Positions 25,629-38,750 of a stretch of DNA of 64,000 nucleotides are shown piece by piece. The translations under genes were made by a program, and so were the position numbers. The first letter of the stretch is position 1, and each line of letters opens with the position of its first letter. The stretch covers positions 4,712,001-4,776,000 of the forward strand of contig OX597822.1 in assembly GCA_951406725.2 (NCBI GenBank), given 5' to 3'. This stretch comes from Octopus vulgaris (Eukaryota). The notes under the pieces are model-generated. The model saw only the letters and a program-made list of their open reading frames with translations, was not told where the DNA came from and made no database searches.

Positions 25629-26569
25629 AGACAGACAGAAAGACAAGCTGCTGCAGATTGTTAAGCTGCTGGTGTTAAGGAAAATGGAAAATGAATTAAA
25701 CAGATGCCTCATGCTGCCATGTAAACTCTGTTTGAATTCGCTTTCTTATCATGCTTGCCGATGTAAAATGTCTAAAACAGCTTTTACTCTAATGCTTCAT
25801 GAAAATAGCGATTCAAAAGTGTTTTCAGGAGTTGGTGTAATTCTTGATATTTACCATGACATGTGGGTACCATTTCAATAGCTTTGTCAACGTATTCGTT
25901 ATACTTTTTAATGTTCTTCTTTCATTCATTTGTATTTGTGAGTCTCAGATAAAAACAACATGTATGTGTGTGTGCGTGCGTGCATGTGCTCATGTATGTG
26001 TGTGTGTGTGTGTGTGTGTGCATGCGTGCATGTGCTCATGTATGTGTGTGTGTGTGTAAGTATGTATGTGAATGGTTGTGAGAAAGTTTGGTTATTTTTA
26101 TACCTGACGCTGTGTAAATAAGATACCAATATTTGTCATCATAATACAATCGGCTGTCTCACTATTATGTTTTTATTTTCATACTATTCTATTTAATTAA
26201 TAAGTATTTAATTAAGATTTGTCCATGGAAAAGGAATGGTCCAATTATAGAAGAACTGCAAAATGTTTGAGTCAGCAATTACGAAGATTGAGGCAAACTC
26301 AGGAACAGAAGGAAGAGCAATGTAAACAGAACACAGAAAAACAGCATCAGCCCCATTTAGCGCCATCACAGGAGTGAAGAAAGCAGATTTTAGAACAAAA
26401 TACTGCTCAGCATAGAAATGCAAGACAACAACTGTCACAAGAACCACATGAGAAGATTTTAGAACAAAATGCAGCACGACACAGAAGATATCGGCAAATC
26501 AATAATAGGGTAACTCTTAATATAGCTTGACAATATGATATAGATGGATTTCTACAGGTTACCGTTGAT

Positions 26570-28299
26570 GTTGCTCACCATAGTTGCGGCCTCATGGAAG
26601 TGCGTTGCCACCACTGCAATGCTTTGGTGTTTATTGGAGAGCGTACAGGAGGATCAATAAACAATTCCAGTTTTGGTATTTGTTGTAAATCAGGAATGGT
26701 AAAAACTGAAAATATCCCTGAGTTACCAAACGAACTTTCCTGATCTCTTTCTTTCTGATACTCCTGAAGCAAAATATTTCAAATGTAATATTTCAAGGTT
26801 CAACAGTGCAATGGCAATGTGTTCTATGAAAGTAGATGACACTTCAATACTGAGAGGAATTACAAATTACAGAAAACATGGAATTCTTTATAGATTTATT
26901 GGAGCTCCTAGAAACCAAATAGGAACAGTCCCGTCCACCTTACAAAAATATTTCTATGATCATGAAGAACAAATAAGATGACGAATGGAAAGAATGCCTT
27001 TTAACAATGCAAACCAAGCCTTCGATTTAAAATATTTCGAAAAATTCATTCTGCTTTGATATCTGCAACAATTGCATGATATCAGATCAAGAGGCCTTGA
27101 GAAATGTATTGCTCATGTGGCCACAGTGGAATTTCAAAAAAGAGGATTACCTCATTGCCGTTTCTTATTCATAATACAAAATCATCACAACACACGGCAA
27201 GAAATTGATAAAATTGTTACAGCTGAATTTCCTAGTCTTGAAAACCTATTAACATCACATCTTTATTCTTTGGTGAAGAAACACATGATACATGGACCCT
27301 GGGGAAAAGATAATCTAAATTCTCCCTGCACAATGAATGGTGGTTGCAGTAAAAGATATCCAAAAGATTACAGATCACAAACCTTTATTGGAAATGATTC
27401 TTATCCACAATACAGTCGCCAAAACTGCTTCAATACATATTGGAAATAGAGAAATTGTTGTTGGTAACCATTATGTAGTTCCTTATAATGCTTGATTGTT
27501 GCAGAAGTACGAGGGGCATATTAATCTTGAATGGTGTACATCTATTAAAGCTGTGAAGTATCTTTACAAATACATTTTCAAAGGTGTTGACCATGCAACG
27601 TGCATCTTAATGTTGAGAAGAAAATTCAAATGGATGAAATTTTGAATTATGAAAATTGCCGCTATATTGGAGTGTCAGAGGTTTGCTGGAGATTATTTGA
27701 GTTTCTGATTCAGCAAAGACAGCCTACTGTTGAATGCTTGCTGATACACTTGCCAAATCAACAGATGATTGTGTTTAATCTGAATCACGCACAAGAAGCT
27801 TTAGCAAAAAATAGATCGACCAAATTGACAGCATATTTCAAAATGAATGAAGATCCCCTAGCAAAAGATATCCTCTATTCTGACTTTCCACAACATAATC
27901 GGTGTAACAATAATAAAAGTTGGAGGGAAGAGTTAGACAAAGTGACGATATTCCAGAAGCTATTGGCAGAGTGTACACAGTACATCTATTGCAAGGGGAG
28001 CTATTTTATCTTAGCTTATTACTTCAGCATAAAGCAGAAGCGACAAGCTTTGAAAATTTAATCACAATTAACGTCGTTTGCGAAAATTTTAAGCATGCAT
28101 GTCAAATGATGAATTTATCAGAAAATGATCAAGAAAGGGAACTTAATATTTTCATTGTTATTTTATTACTGATTTTGTAAAGTATTTGCATAAATAAGAA
28201 TATGGAAATATATTATCAAATTATATCTTTTGTGTATTTCTCAAACAATAGCTGAATTAAGTTGAAATGTTTTTCCTTAATGACGGGTCATGTGTTAGT
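26570..28299 (+). mobile_element. Helitron RepHel pseudogene (Zn finger and Rep domain; helicase absent)
   Basis: CGLMEVRCHHCNA..FGICCKSG zinc finger; VEFQKRGLPH (HUH), MIHGP, CSKRYPK, VVPYN..HINLE..AVKYLYKYIFKG (Y2), DEI..RYIG.SE.CWRLF, IGRVYTV..ELFYL..TSFENL. Many stops and frameshifts; degenerate 3' end GACGGGTCATGTGTTAG|T. Confidence 0.92.
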
Positions 28300-28766
28300 A
28301 ATAATAATAATAATAAAAAGGCAGGAAAAATGCTTGCTGAAAGACAATGTAAAAGTACAATTTAGAATGAAACAGTGAAACAAGACAAATACAAGAAAAA
28401 CTGCAAGAGGAAGATGAATTTGAGTCTTTCTATGATAAACAAAGAATACAGAAGAGGAAGAGGTAAAACTGAAGTGACATGTTGATGTCTGGCAAAGGAA
28501 ATAACAAGAAAAAGTAACAGATAAACAATAGCACATAGAGGAGAGAAGACAGCAAAAAGTCTGATGACATTCCGGAAAAATAGGAGATATGCTAAAACAG
28601 ACCAACAAAAGTGTTACCGGATCTTTTGAAGGGTGAAAAGTTTGTATATATATACATATATGTATGTAAGTGTGTATACACACACACATGCATATTTTAA
28701 TATACAAAAGTAAATGTATGTTTAAAGTTGTAGGCTCTAGTTTTTCATGTACAATGCTGAAATTTT

Positions 28767-29021
28767 GCATAAGGGCATATGTTTTTAAGGTCGTAGACTA
28801 TGTAACCTTTTATGAAATTTGTTCCTTTTGACTAATGCATATAACCCAAAGCATAAAGGCATATGCTTTTAAGGTCATAGACTATGCAACCTTTTGTGAA
28901 ATTTGTTCCTTTTGACTAATGCATATAACCCAAAGCATAAGCGCATATGTTTTTAAGGTCATAGACTATGCAACCTTTTGTGAAATTTGTTCCTTTTGAC
29001 TAATGAATATAACCCCAAGCA
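28767..29021. repeat. Tandem minisatellite, 84-bp unit x3
   Basis: Units start at 28767, 28851 and 28935 (GCATAA.GGCATATG..TAACCCAAA) with few mismatches. Confidence 0.95.
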
Positions 29022-29069
29022 CACGATATGAATTGTAAAAATTTATTGATTAGAAAAATAATATCTTTA

Positions 29070-29550
29070 GAGTAAATATATCAGTAAGAAGATAAAACTA
29101 CAGCTATACTCATCTACTGTTATACCAACAACCATCTACACTTGTGAAACCTGGAAAGGCAGCAAAAATCTCTTAATTGCTTGATGTATTCCATTGATGT
29201 TGACTATGTTCAGCCCTGGGCATCTCTTATTGGGACTGACTGAGAAACAAACAGATGATCAGAAGAGCTGGCATGAGAAGTTTGCAGGACAGGGTGACCA
29301 AGTGACAAATATGGATTACTGGCCATGTGCTTTGATTACTAGATGGAGAGACGTGTTACCATCCTGATGGAGTGGATGCTGGAAGGAGGAAAATGACTGA
29401 AAGACAAAGATTGAGGAAACGTAGTACAGTATATTCTGGGATGACATGAGAGCAATGGGCATTGGCCCGAGTGGAATCAGGATGAAGGTGAGCAATGAGG
29501 GTGTCTGGAGAAGACTTGTTGCCCATCTTACAGCTAAGAGAGAGAATTAG
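29070..29550 (+). mobile_element. Decayed RTE LINE C-terminal fragment
   Basis: YTCETWK..LDVFH..LGISYWD..GHVL motif series. Confidence 0.65.
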
Positions 29551-29838
29551 GTAATTAATTTAGTACACTTTTTTTTAAGTGTGCTTATCCAGAATTTTTT
29601 TTTAAATGTAAAAGTTAAAATCTCCACTCAGTTCTATATTTGTTTCCTTTTTTTGTGCATTTTTATAAATCCTGACATAAACCCTCTTCTGAATTGCTTG
29701 AATGCAACAATTCTGAGTGTAACAGTCCTCTCAGACCATTTGAAAATTTTCAATATCTTTTCAAAGCAATTTAATCAAAATACAGTGAATTCATATGATT
29801 ATATTTATTTTACATATTAAACTGGGAAATGTCAGGTA

Positions 29839-29887
<49 letters not shown>

Positions 29888-31479
29888 AGCATACACATGT
29901 GAAGAGGTTAAGTCATTTTAACCATTTACAAGCATACAAAAATAGCTAATAAACTGTATTATTAGGAAATCAAAAAAGAAAATTCTTTGCTTATTTCTTA
30001 ATCATGCAGTTGATTATGCCAAAAGCATTTGTTGTACTTTTGGAACCTGGTTACTGACACAGTTCTGTTGCATCTGTTGTGTATGGCAAGAAAAACTACA
30101 AGAGGAAGATGAATTTGAGTCTTTCTATGATAAACAAAGAATACAGAAAAGGAAGAGGGGTCAATGATTCTGTTCTTTTTCTTCTTTGACTTTACAAAAA
30201 GAAAAAGAAAATTCTGTTTTTCTCTTTTTCCTTTTGTATCTTCTGAGTGATTCTGTTCTTTCTTACCTTCAACTTTAAACACACCAATTTCATATATATT
30301 TATATATATGTTGGTTATTTTATTGTTTCATGCATTCATTACCTTTTTTTCTTGTTAAACATTCGATCTATGAGTATGCTGTATTGTTGTTATTTGAACT
30401 TCTGACACATGCGCCTTCAGTCACTTTCAGATAGATTTCAGTTCTCAGTTTTCTCTTTGTATTTATGCTATATTTTGATTTATTTAATTCTTTACTGTAT
30501 TTTGCATAAATATTATTCATTAATAGTAACTTTTTTTCTGTGTGCAATATGAGTATGAATGTTTAGGGACATTGAACACTACGCATATATGTAAATGATG
30601 TCTCAAAGTAAGCTTGAAATATCTGTATATAGCACAAATCTAAACGTTAAATTCATGTTGAATTAAGGAATAAATTGTTGACAATTTAAGTAGACATAGT
30701 AAATATTGAAACTGTTCAAAACCAGCCCTCACAGGAAAAAAAAATATATACATACTATTAATAAGTACTATTGATGAAAATCAAACAAAAATAGAATAAT
30801 GATAATGATTTGAATAAATATACAATCGAGATGGAAAAAAAAGAAAACCAGTGAATGGAATTTGAAATTGACTAAAGGCTCTTGTGTCAAAAGTTGCCAG
30901 TTGTATTTCTATTGGGAGCCAAGCACACAAAAGAGCTTACTGACAATTTTAATAGATTGACAAAGTTCAAACAGAAACAACATTGAAGATCCACAGGGCC
31001 AAAATTTAAAAGGCAAAAAGAAACCCCAACACAAATTATGTGTATTAAACTAACATACTTAAAGTTTTTGATAACTAAGAATAGACGCTAACATGAGAAC
31101 AAAGAAAAAAAAAAGAAATTGCAAAATAGGAGAGAATAGAAAGATCAATCAACAAAAGGCTTATAAAAAGTCACCAGTATCTAACTTTCAACAGATGCCA
31201 TGGAATTGTGTCAGTCACCAGGGTTGCAGAAATGCAACAAAAACTGAGAGTACTATGAAGAAATGAATGGAAAAATGAACTTAACCGTTTTGCTGTTCTT
31301 AAAGAGCTAAAATAACTCTTTTATAATGTAACTATTTTAACACATGGTCTCAGATCAAGTCTCTTACCAAACAAGTACAACTCTGAAATACACACACAAA
31401 TATATAAATACGTTTTATATCCACACACACACAAACATGTATATGTATGTATATATATATATATATATATAGATACACA

Positions 31480-31883
31480 CATATATTGATAGAAATGGTA
31501 AGACAACAAAAGAATGAAAGAGATCTCGATATTATGTAAATAGAGGAATTTATCTGTAAATGTAATATGTGACAATTATTCAGTAGCCATGATAAAACTC
31601 CAAGTTTCGGATGGAAGGGTGGAAATCCACGCTGCCATCTCTTCAGTTATCCGGCCACCGGAAAAAATGCATTTTATCATGCTGCAGCACGGATTTTTGT
31701 CAGTGAACAGGTCACGGATTTTAGCAACGAAAATATTTTAATAAATTAAACTTAAATGTTGAAGTGAATCGAACGGCTTTTGTGTGTTTCTTAAATGGCT
31801 TACAAACACCTTCCACGGTGCAATTGTTTTCGTTCCAGCACACGATCTCAGATCAAATCACTTGCTATGCGAGTACATCTCCG

Positions 31884-31885
<2 letters not shown>
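31480..31885 (-). mobile_element. CpG-rich ~400-bp element between (TA)n tracts carrying a hammerhead motif (Penelope pLTR or retrozyme-like)
   Basis: Sharp microsatellite boundaries, retained CpGs, no convincing ORF, no TIRs seen, internal hammerhead. Confidence 0.55.
31591..31651 (-). ncRNA. Type I hammerhead ribozyme motif with intact catalytic core
   Basis: Minus strand: GATAA-CTGAAGA-GATGG-cagcGTGGatttCCACcctt-CCATC-C-GAAAC-TTGGA-GTT-TTATC. Stem I GATAA/TTATC, stem II GATGG/CCATC with one bulged C, short helix III ACT/AGT, NUH triplet GUU. Confidence 0.7.
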
Positions 31886-31920
<35 letters not shown>

Positions 31921-31963
31921 TAATATATATACATATATAATATATATATATATACACACACAC

Positions 31964-32031
<68 letters not shown>

Positions 32032-32033
32032 GT

Positions 32034-32375
32034 GGAGGCACAATAGCCCAGTAGTTTGGGCAGTGGACTTGTGGTCATAGGATAGCAGTTTTGATTACCA
32101 GACCGGGAGTTGTGGGTGTTTATTGAGTGAAAACACCTAAAGCTCCACGAGGTTCCGGCAGGGGGTGGTGAACTCTGCTTTACTCTTTCACTACAACTTT
32201 CTTGCATTCTTTCTTCTTGTTTCTGTTGCACCTGTATTTCAAAAGGCCAGCCTTGTCACACTCTGTGTCACGCTGAATCTACGTTAAGAGTACACTTGCA
32301 CATTAATTTCACAAGCAGTCTGTTCTGTTGATTGCATCAACTGGAACCCTCATCGTTGTAACTGACGGAGTGCCA
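32034..32375 (+). mobile_element. tRNA-derived SINE, family B
   Basis: tRNA-like head GGAGGCACAATAGCCCAGTAG...GTTTTGATTACCAGACCGGG (decayed A/B boxes), embedded in (TA)n. Confidence 0.7.
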
Positions 32376-32406
32376 TAGTACATATACATGTGTATATGTA
32401 TATATA

Positions 32407-32520
<114 letters not shown>

Positions 32521-32607
32521 CACACATATATATACAGAAATATATATATATATATATACTTATACAAATATATATATTTATATATTTGTAGATATATATA
32601 TTTATTT

Positions 32608-32645
<38 letters not shown>

Positions 32646-33139
32646 GTCTACATACACATACACCAATACTTAATATATGTATATATCATATGAAAGTGTG
32701 AAGGTGTTTGTGTGCGTGTATGCTTGAGTGGTAAAACCAACAGACTTATTATATTGTTGCCAATATGTCTCTATTGGGATTCAAACACTCAAAGAGTTTA
32801 CTGACAATTCTAATAGACTGTCAAAGTGAATCAATATATCAAAATGGTAAGCAGCATTGCATTCTCAGGCTAGGTTTCAAGTTCTAACACTCATTAGCAA
32901 AGTCGAACTATGTCTCATATTTTTTACTGACTGTTTTTCCTACTCCTTGTTTTTATTTCATTAAGAATGGCTTGTGGCAAAGGTTGGTAAATAATAAATT
33001 CTCTTTCTTTCTCTCCGTCTTACACACACATGAACTTCAGATGATTGGGAGTGTGTTTATGTGTATTGATAGTCTGAATGTATGTGAACATACACACATA
33101 CAAACAATACACGTGAGTACACACACACACACATACATA

Positions 33140-33532
33140 TATAGTCTTTTATTCTTTAACTTGCTTCACTCATTTGACTGTGGCCATGCTGGGGCACTGC
33201 CTTTAGTCAAACAAACCAACCCCAGGATATATTCTTTGTAAGCCTCGTACTTTATCACTCTCTTTTACCAAACCGCTAAGTGATGGCAACGTAAACACAC
33301 CAACTTTGGTTGTCAAATGATGGTGTCAAGACCACACAGATACACAATTGCACACACACACACACACACACAAATACGCATATATATATGAAAAGCTTGT
33401 TTTAGTTTCCATCTAACAAATCCACTCTCATCGCTTTGGTTGGCCCAAGATTAAAGTAGAAAGAAACTTGCCCAAGGTGGGACTGAATCTAGAACCATTT
33501 TGTTGGGAAGCAAGCTTCTTACCACACAGCCA
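33140..33532 (-). mobile_element. SINE family A, diverged
   Basis: Collinear with 6921-7314 with many substitutions. Confidence 0.8.
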
Positions 33533-33533
33533 C

Positions 33534-33564
<31 letters not shown>

Positions 33565-33699
33565 GAATGTAAAAAAAAAGCAGCGCACATAGACACACAT
33601 TCATTTTGAGTACACAGAAAGGCAGCATATACACAAGCAAACATGCATATACATATATATATCCACATATACATATGTATTTATACATACACACACACA

Positions 33700-33747
<48 letters not shown>

Positions 33748-33952
33748 ATATATATATATATATACATACATATTACGACAGGCAATATATACAAACATGT
33801 TCACAAATATATATATATACAGATATATTGTATATAAATACATATTGTATATATGTATATATAAGCCCATGGCCTATCCCAGTGGGTGTAACCAGCCCAT
33901 TTATGAACACCCCTCATTTATTGGACAATAAACTTTGCTTGTGAAGACCTTT

Positions 33953-34006
<54 letters not shown>

Positions 34007-34190
34007 TATATATATACATACATACATATATATATACATACATATATACATATACATATATATATGATGTGATTTGATCTAGTTTCATCTCACAAACTGT
34101 GGCCATGCTGGGGCACCACCATTTGGTGTTGCTTCATAATTTTTCTTCATTCTTTTCGAAATTGACATTTGGTGCAAGAGGGTGTTTGAT

Positions 34191-34570
34191 ATCATCATCA
34201 TCATCGTTTAACGTCCGTTCTCCATGCTAGCATGGGTTGGACGGTTCGACCGGGGATCTGGGAAGCCAGAAGGCTGCACCAGGCTCCAGTCTTATCTGGC
34301 AATGTTTCTACAGCTGGATGCCCTTCCTAACGCCAACCACTCCGTGAGTGTAGTGGGTGCTTTTTATGTGCCACCTGCACAGGTGCCAGGCGAGGCTGGC
34401 AACGGCCACAGTCGGATTGGTGCATTTTACGTGCCACCGGCACGGAAGCCAGTTGAGGCGGCACTGGCATCGGCCACGAGTCGGATAGTTCTTTTACGTA
34501 CCACCAGTCCAGGGGTCCTGGCTGGTTCAATGGTTCAATTCGATCTCGATTTCGCTTGCCCCAACATGTC
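34191..34570 (-). mobile_element. RTE 3' UTR fragment, young copy
   Basis: Collinear with 447-760, CpG-rich, perfect palindrome CCATGCTAGCATGG at 34222-34235, (GAT)n tail. Confidence 0.85.
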
Positions 34571-34699
34571 GAAATCGATATATATATATATATATATATA
34601 TATGGTTAATTGAGTTTGAGGTTAAAATAACCATCTAAGGGATAAAAGTATCCAAAATGCAACCAGTATATTACCTATATTTAAAGATGGTCAAAAATG

Positions 34700-35985
34700 T
34701 TATGTTCATAAATTATAGGTAGAGCTGACCATGTACGGACCAAAGGAAACCATAGACATGCAGCCTACAAGAAACACAAAATCTTTCCAATTTGAACTTC
34801 CATAAGGCAAACTGGAAACAAATTGAGAAAAAGATCCTCAAACAAAACTCGCCTAAATGTCTCTCCTCATCAGACATCGACATGAAACTTCAATAATATA
34901 TGTCTGTAATGCAAGCCATATGCTACAAATGTGTCCAGGAGAGAAAGGCCACTGTACACAAGAACAAAATTCCCAGGATGAGAAAAATGCTTATGAGATG
35001 GCATACAAAAATTTCAAATCACCTAAACAAACTGAAAGCAGTGAAAAATCCCACCTGAAAATACAACTGCTGGAGACTGAAAAAAATGTGCAACTCTCCT
35101 ATGAAAAAGAAAGAGCAAATAAACCTGGGCTATAGACAATATAAAATCTAACCCCAGAGCCTTCTACAAGTTTTCCAAAGAAACAGCCTCAGTGCACTGC
35201 AGGGTAGGGCCACTCCTTGAAAAAGCTGTTTCACTCACAGGAAACCGAATGAGAATAAGTGAAATACTAAATGAGCAATTCAAAAGTGTTTTCACTCCAC
35301 CTCTCCGACACTTGCAAGTCAGCAATCCAGCTGACATTTTTACAACTGAAGATATAAAACAGAGGCAGTGACAATTGATTATAGCAATATAAAAGATGAT
35401 GTAATAAGGGCTATAGATGAATGAACCCAAACTCAGCTACTGGCCCTGATGGATTCCCAGCAATCCTATAAGCGCATAAGCAAGTTCTAGCAGGACCACT
35501 AAAGTCCCTCTTCCAGAGCTTCCTTACAACTGGCAAACTTCCAAGCAAGCTGAAGGAAAGTAAAATATACCCTATTCATAAAGGTAGTAGCAGAGCACAG
35601 GCCCAAAACTACAGACCTATCTCTCTAACCTCGCACATCAACAAAGTCATGGAACGAATAGTCAGAAGAAAACTAATCACTTTCCTTGAGAAAAATGACT
35701 TGCTGACTGACACCCAACATGGTTTCTGACCAGAAAGAAGCTGCCTGACTCAGCTCTTACAACACTGTGACTGGGTGTTAAAACAGCTCAACCACTCAAA
35801 CGTGGATGTGGATGTGGTATATCTCAACTTTGCAAAGGCCTTTGATAAAGTTGATCATGGAATGATATGTCATAAACTGCATGATATCGGCATAGGTGGG
35901 AAATTAGGAGAATGGCTGCATGACTTTCTGAAGGATAGAAGTCAGGTGGCAGTACCCAATGGGGCCACATCCAATGACACACAAA
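34700..35985 (+). mobile_element. CR1-like LINE ORF2 fragment (linker and N-terminal RT), pseudogenised
   Basis: FHKANW, LNEQFKSVFT, ATGPDGFPA, PIHKG..NYRPISLTS, QHGF*PERSCLTQLL, VDVVYLNFAKAFDKVDH, WLHDFLKDRSQ. Confidence 0.9.
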
Positions 35986-36024
35986 TATATGTATACATAT
36001 ATACATAGTGAGGATAATGTACAA

Positions 36025-36402
36025 ACATGGCTGTGTGGTAAAAAAGCTTGCTTCCCAACATATGATCTTGGGTTCAGTCCCACTGCACAGCAGTACTGGG
36101 CCAACCAAAGCCTTGTAAGTGAATTTGGTCAATGAAAACTGCAAAAAACTTATTGTGTGTGTGTGTGTGTGTGTCTTGACATCATGTAAAGGTTATAAAT
36201 GAGCATGACTATCATACAGGTAATGCATATTGTTCAATTCCAGTCTTCTATGAAAATCATGTCTGGTTATGGGAAAATATTATTTTGCTTGGAAACAGGT
36301 GAAGGTTTGCAACAGAGTTTCTGATTATAGAAAATCTGCCTCACTAAATTCTGTCTGATGCATGGAAGCATGGGAAAATGAGCATTGAATGATGATGATG
36401 AT
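36025..36402 (+). mobile_element. SINE with family-A head but RTE-type 3' tail
   Basis: TGGCTGTGTGGTAA..GGTTCAGTCCCACTGC..AAAGCCTTGT, (TG)n, then a different 3' half ending AGCATGGGAAAATG..GATGATGATG. Confidence 0.65.
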
Positions 36403-36497
36403 TGCATGTGTGTGTAGCTAATGCAACAGATCTACTTTAGCTGAAGAATAAGATTATGCATAGTCTAGCTGTTGAATGTGTCTTCTCTGTATACATA

Positions 36498-37665
36498 TGA
36501 AGTGTATCAAAAAGTTCTCTGACTAGTTATGTTTAATAGAAAATAACTTATTCATCTAAGTTTTAACATCATCTCCTTTGAAATAGTCACCTAGCTCAGC
36601 CCCAGAGTTCCTGCAATTTTGGAATCCAGCCTGGAAGTCACTTTCCATGAGTAAGTTGAGGACTTATGCTAATTAGCTCTGGATCTCTATAATGGTGTTA
36701 AAACGGTGACCTTTGAGCTGTGTTTTTATCTTGGGAAAGATAGAATTCTGCAGGAGCTAAATCTGGCAAATAGGGCAGATGCAGAAGCAATACCATGTTT
36801 TTTTTACAAGAAACTCATAAGTGGAGGGAGCTCTTTGACAGGGTGCATTGTCCTCTTGAAGAATCCAATTCTTCATGCTCCACAGATCTGGCCACTTTCA
36901 CATTCAGTGAAAGTGGCCAGATGCTTCTTCCTTCAAATGCTTCAAAACATCACAGTAGAACTCTTGACTGACAGTCTGGGCCTGAGGAATGAATTCTCCA
37001 TGAACAATACCTATTTCTTTACTACCCACAAGGGGCTAAACACAGAGAGGACAAACAAGGACAGACAAATGGATTAAGTCGATTATATCGACCCCAGTGC
37101 GTAACTGGTACTTATTTAATTGACCCCGAAAGGATGAAAGGCAAAGTCGACCTCGGCGGAATTTGAACTCAGAACGTAGCAGCGGATGAAATACCACTAA
37201 GCATTTCACCCGGTGTGCTAACGTTTCTGCCAGCTCATCGCCTCTCCATGAACAATACCATGGATGTCAAAAAAAACAGAAATGATGTGCATGCTTTTGA
37301 TTGAGCTACAGCTCTGTCATCCACTTTTGAAGCACTCATGCCACTTAAAACAATGTGTATGAGCCATTGCCTTGTCCTGTAAGCTTGCTAAAGTATGCTT
37401 AATATCTCTGTAGCCGACTTCTGAAGTTCAACACAAACTATTCCGTTGGCTCTTTGTTCCAACTTCCTATCCATGACAAAAATTACAGACTACAACATAC
37501 ACATGATCACAAAATCACGAATTTCACATGTGTAGTTAACACAGCAATGGCACTCGGCCACTGCCTCATGAAGGCTACTGCTAGCTCTCACTGTGGACAC
37601 AACCATGAGCTGCCATCTGTTGGTGCACCACAGAACTAGTTGGGGAACTTTTTGAGACTACCTTG
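36498..37665 (-). mobile_element. Decayed mariner element with both TIRs
   Basis: TIRs ..TCAAAAAGTTC..ACTAGTT at both ends with TA flanks. Minus-strand motifs WILQEDNAP, PYLPDLAPAEFYLFPKIK and GDYFKG. Confidence 0.88.
37012..37242 (-). mobile_element. SINE family C (Meta-domain-like core) inserted in the mariner, 17-bp TSD
   Basis: TSD TCTCCATGAACAATACC at 36995-37011 and 37243-37259; B-box-like GAGTTCAAATTCC; core GGTCGACTTTGCCTTTCATCCTTTCGGGGTC..AAGTACCAG. Decayed copies near 4600, 6160, 19900, 21970 and 55170. Confidence 0.9.
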
Positions 37666-38135
37666 TATATCTGTGTGTACATATACCATGAGCTTCTTTT
37701 ATAGATTCAACACAAAATAGGTTTTGGTTTATGAACATTCATTTTTATCTTTCATCAAGTCAATGAATAAAGTTCTTTACAAATAACTATTGTTGTGATG
37801 ACTGTCATCTTCACAAGAAACTCTGTCTAACAGCAATAGTTGAAACAATAATACTTTTGCCACTTGTTAAAACTGAAAAGCTAAATGCTTTAAAAAGTGA
37901 AACTAACTAACGCAAGTGTGAAACTGGAAGACACCATCACTATTACTAAGAAACAGTGGTGATAGCTTTCAATTTTACATTTTCTATCAAATAAATAAGA
38001 AATAAAAACTACTTTGTGTATATATGTTTGTGTCTTGTACATGTGCACGTGTGTGTATGTAGATATACATATGTATGTGTATATGTATATATATATATGA
38101 GTATATATATATATATGTGTGTGTGTATATATATA

Positions 38136-38365
38136 TACTCTTTTACTCTTTTATTTGTTTCAGTCATTTGACTGTGGCCATGCTGGAGCACCGCCTTTAG
38201 TTGAGCAAATCGACCCCAGGACTTATTCTTTGTAAGCCTAGTGCTTATTCTATCAGTCACTTTTGCTGAACCACTAAGTTATGGGGACATAAACACAACA
38301 GCACCAGTTGTCAAGCGATATTGGGGGGGAGAAACACAGACACACAAACATACACACACACACAT
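38136..38365 (-). mobile_element. SINE family A, 3' half only
   Basis: Runs from the tail to the internal microsatellite, then stops. Confidence 0.85.
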
Positions 38366-38671
38366 GCATATGTACATACATACATAGGTAGAGGTGATAT
38401 GTAACTTGCTAGTTCAGAGGTGTAGAGGCTGTTGAGGCTGGAACATGTTGATGGCAAAGTTTTTGCTAATGAACAAAACCTTTAACTTTTCAAGATGTGT
38501 TTCTAAGCCTATATCACCAATAGATATAGTGGATTAATTACGTGTTGTTCAGTTTGTATCAAGTCATTTCAAGTGAGTGTTAATTTAGTAGACCTATGTT
38601 TGAAGGTCTTCCAACCATAACCATCTTGTCTTTTATTAAGATATAGCATATATGTGTGTGTGCGTGCGTGC

Positions 38672-38715
<44 letters not shown>

Positions 38716-38719
38716 ATAA

Positions 38720-38750
<31 letters not shown>

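Noticed and set aside
28767-29021. CRISPR-like periodicity (also 60523-60730)
   Set aside because: The units are head-to-tail with no unique spacers, there are no cas genes, and the context is eukaryotic.
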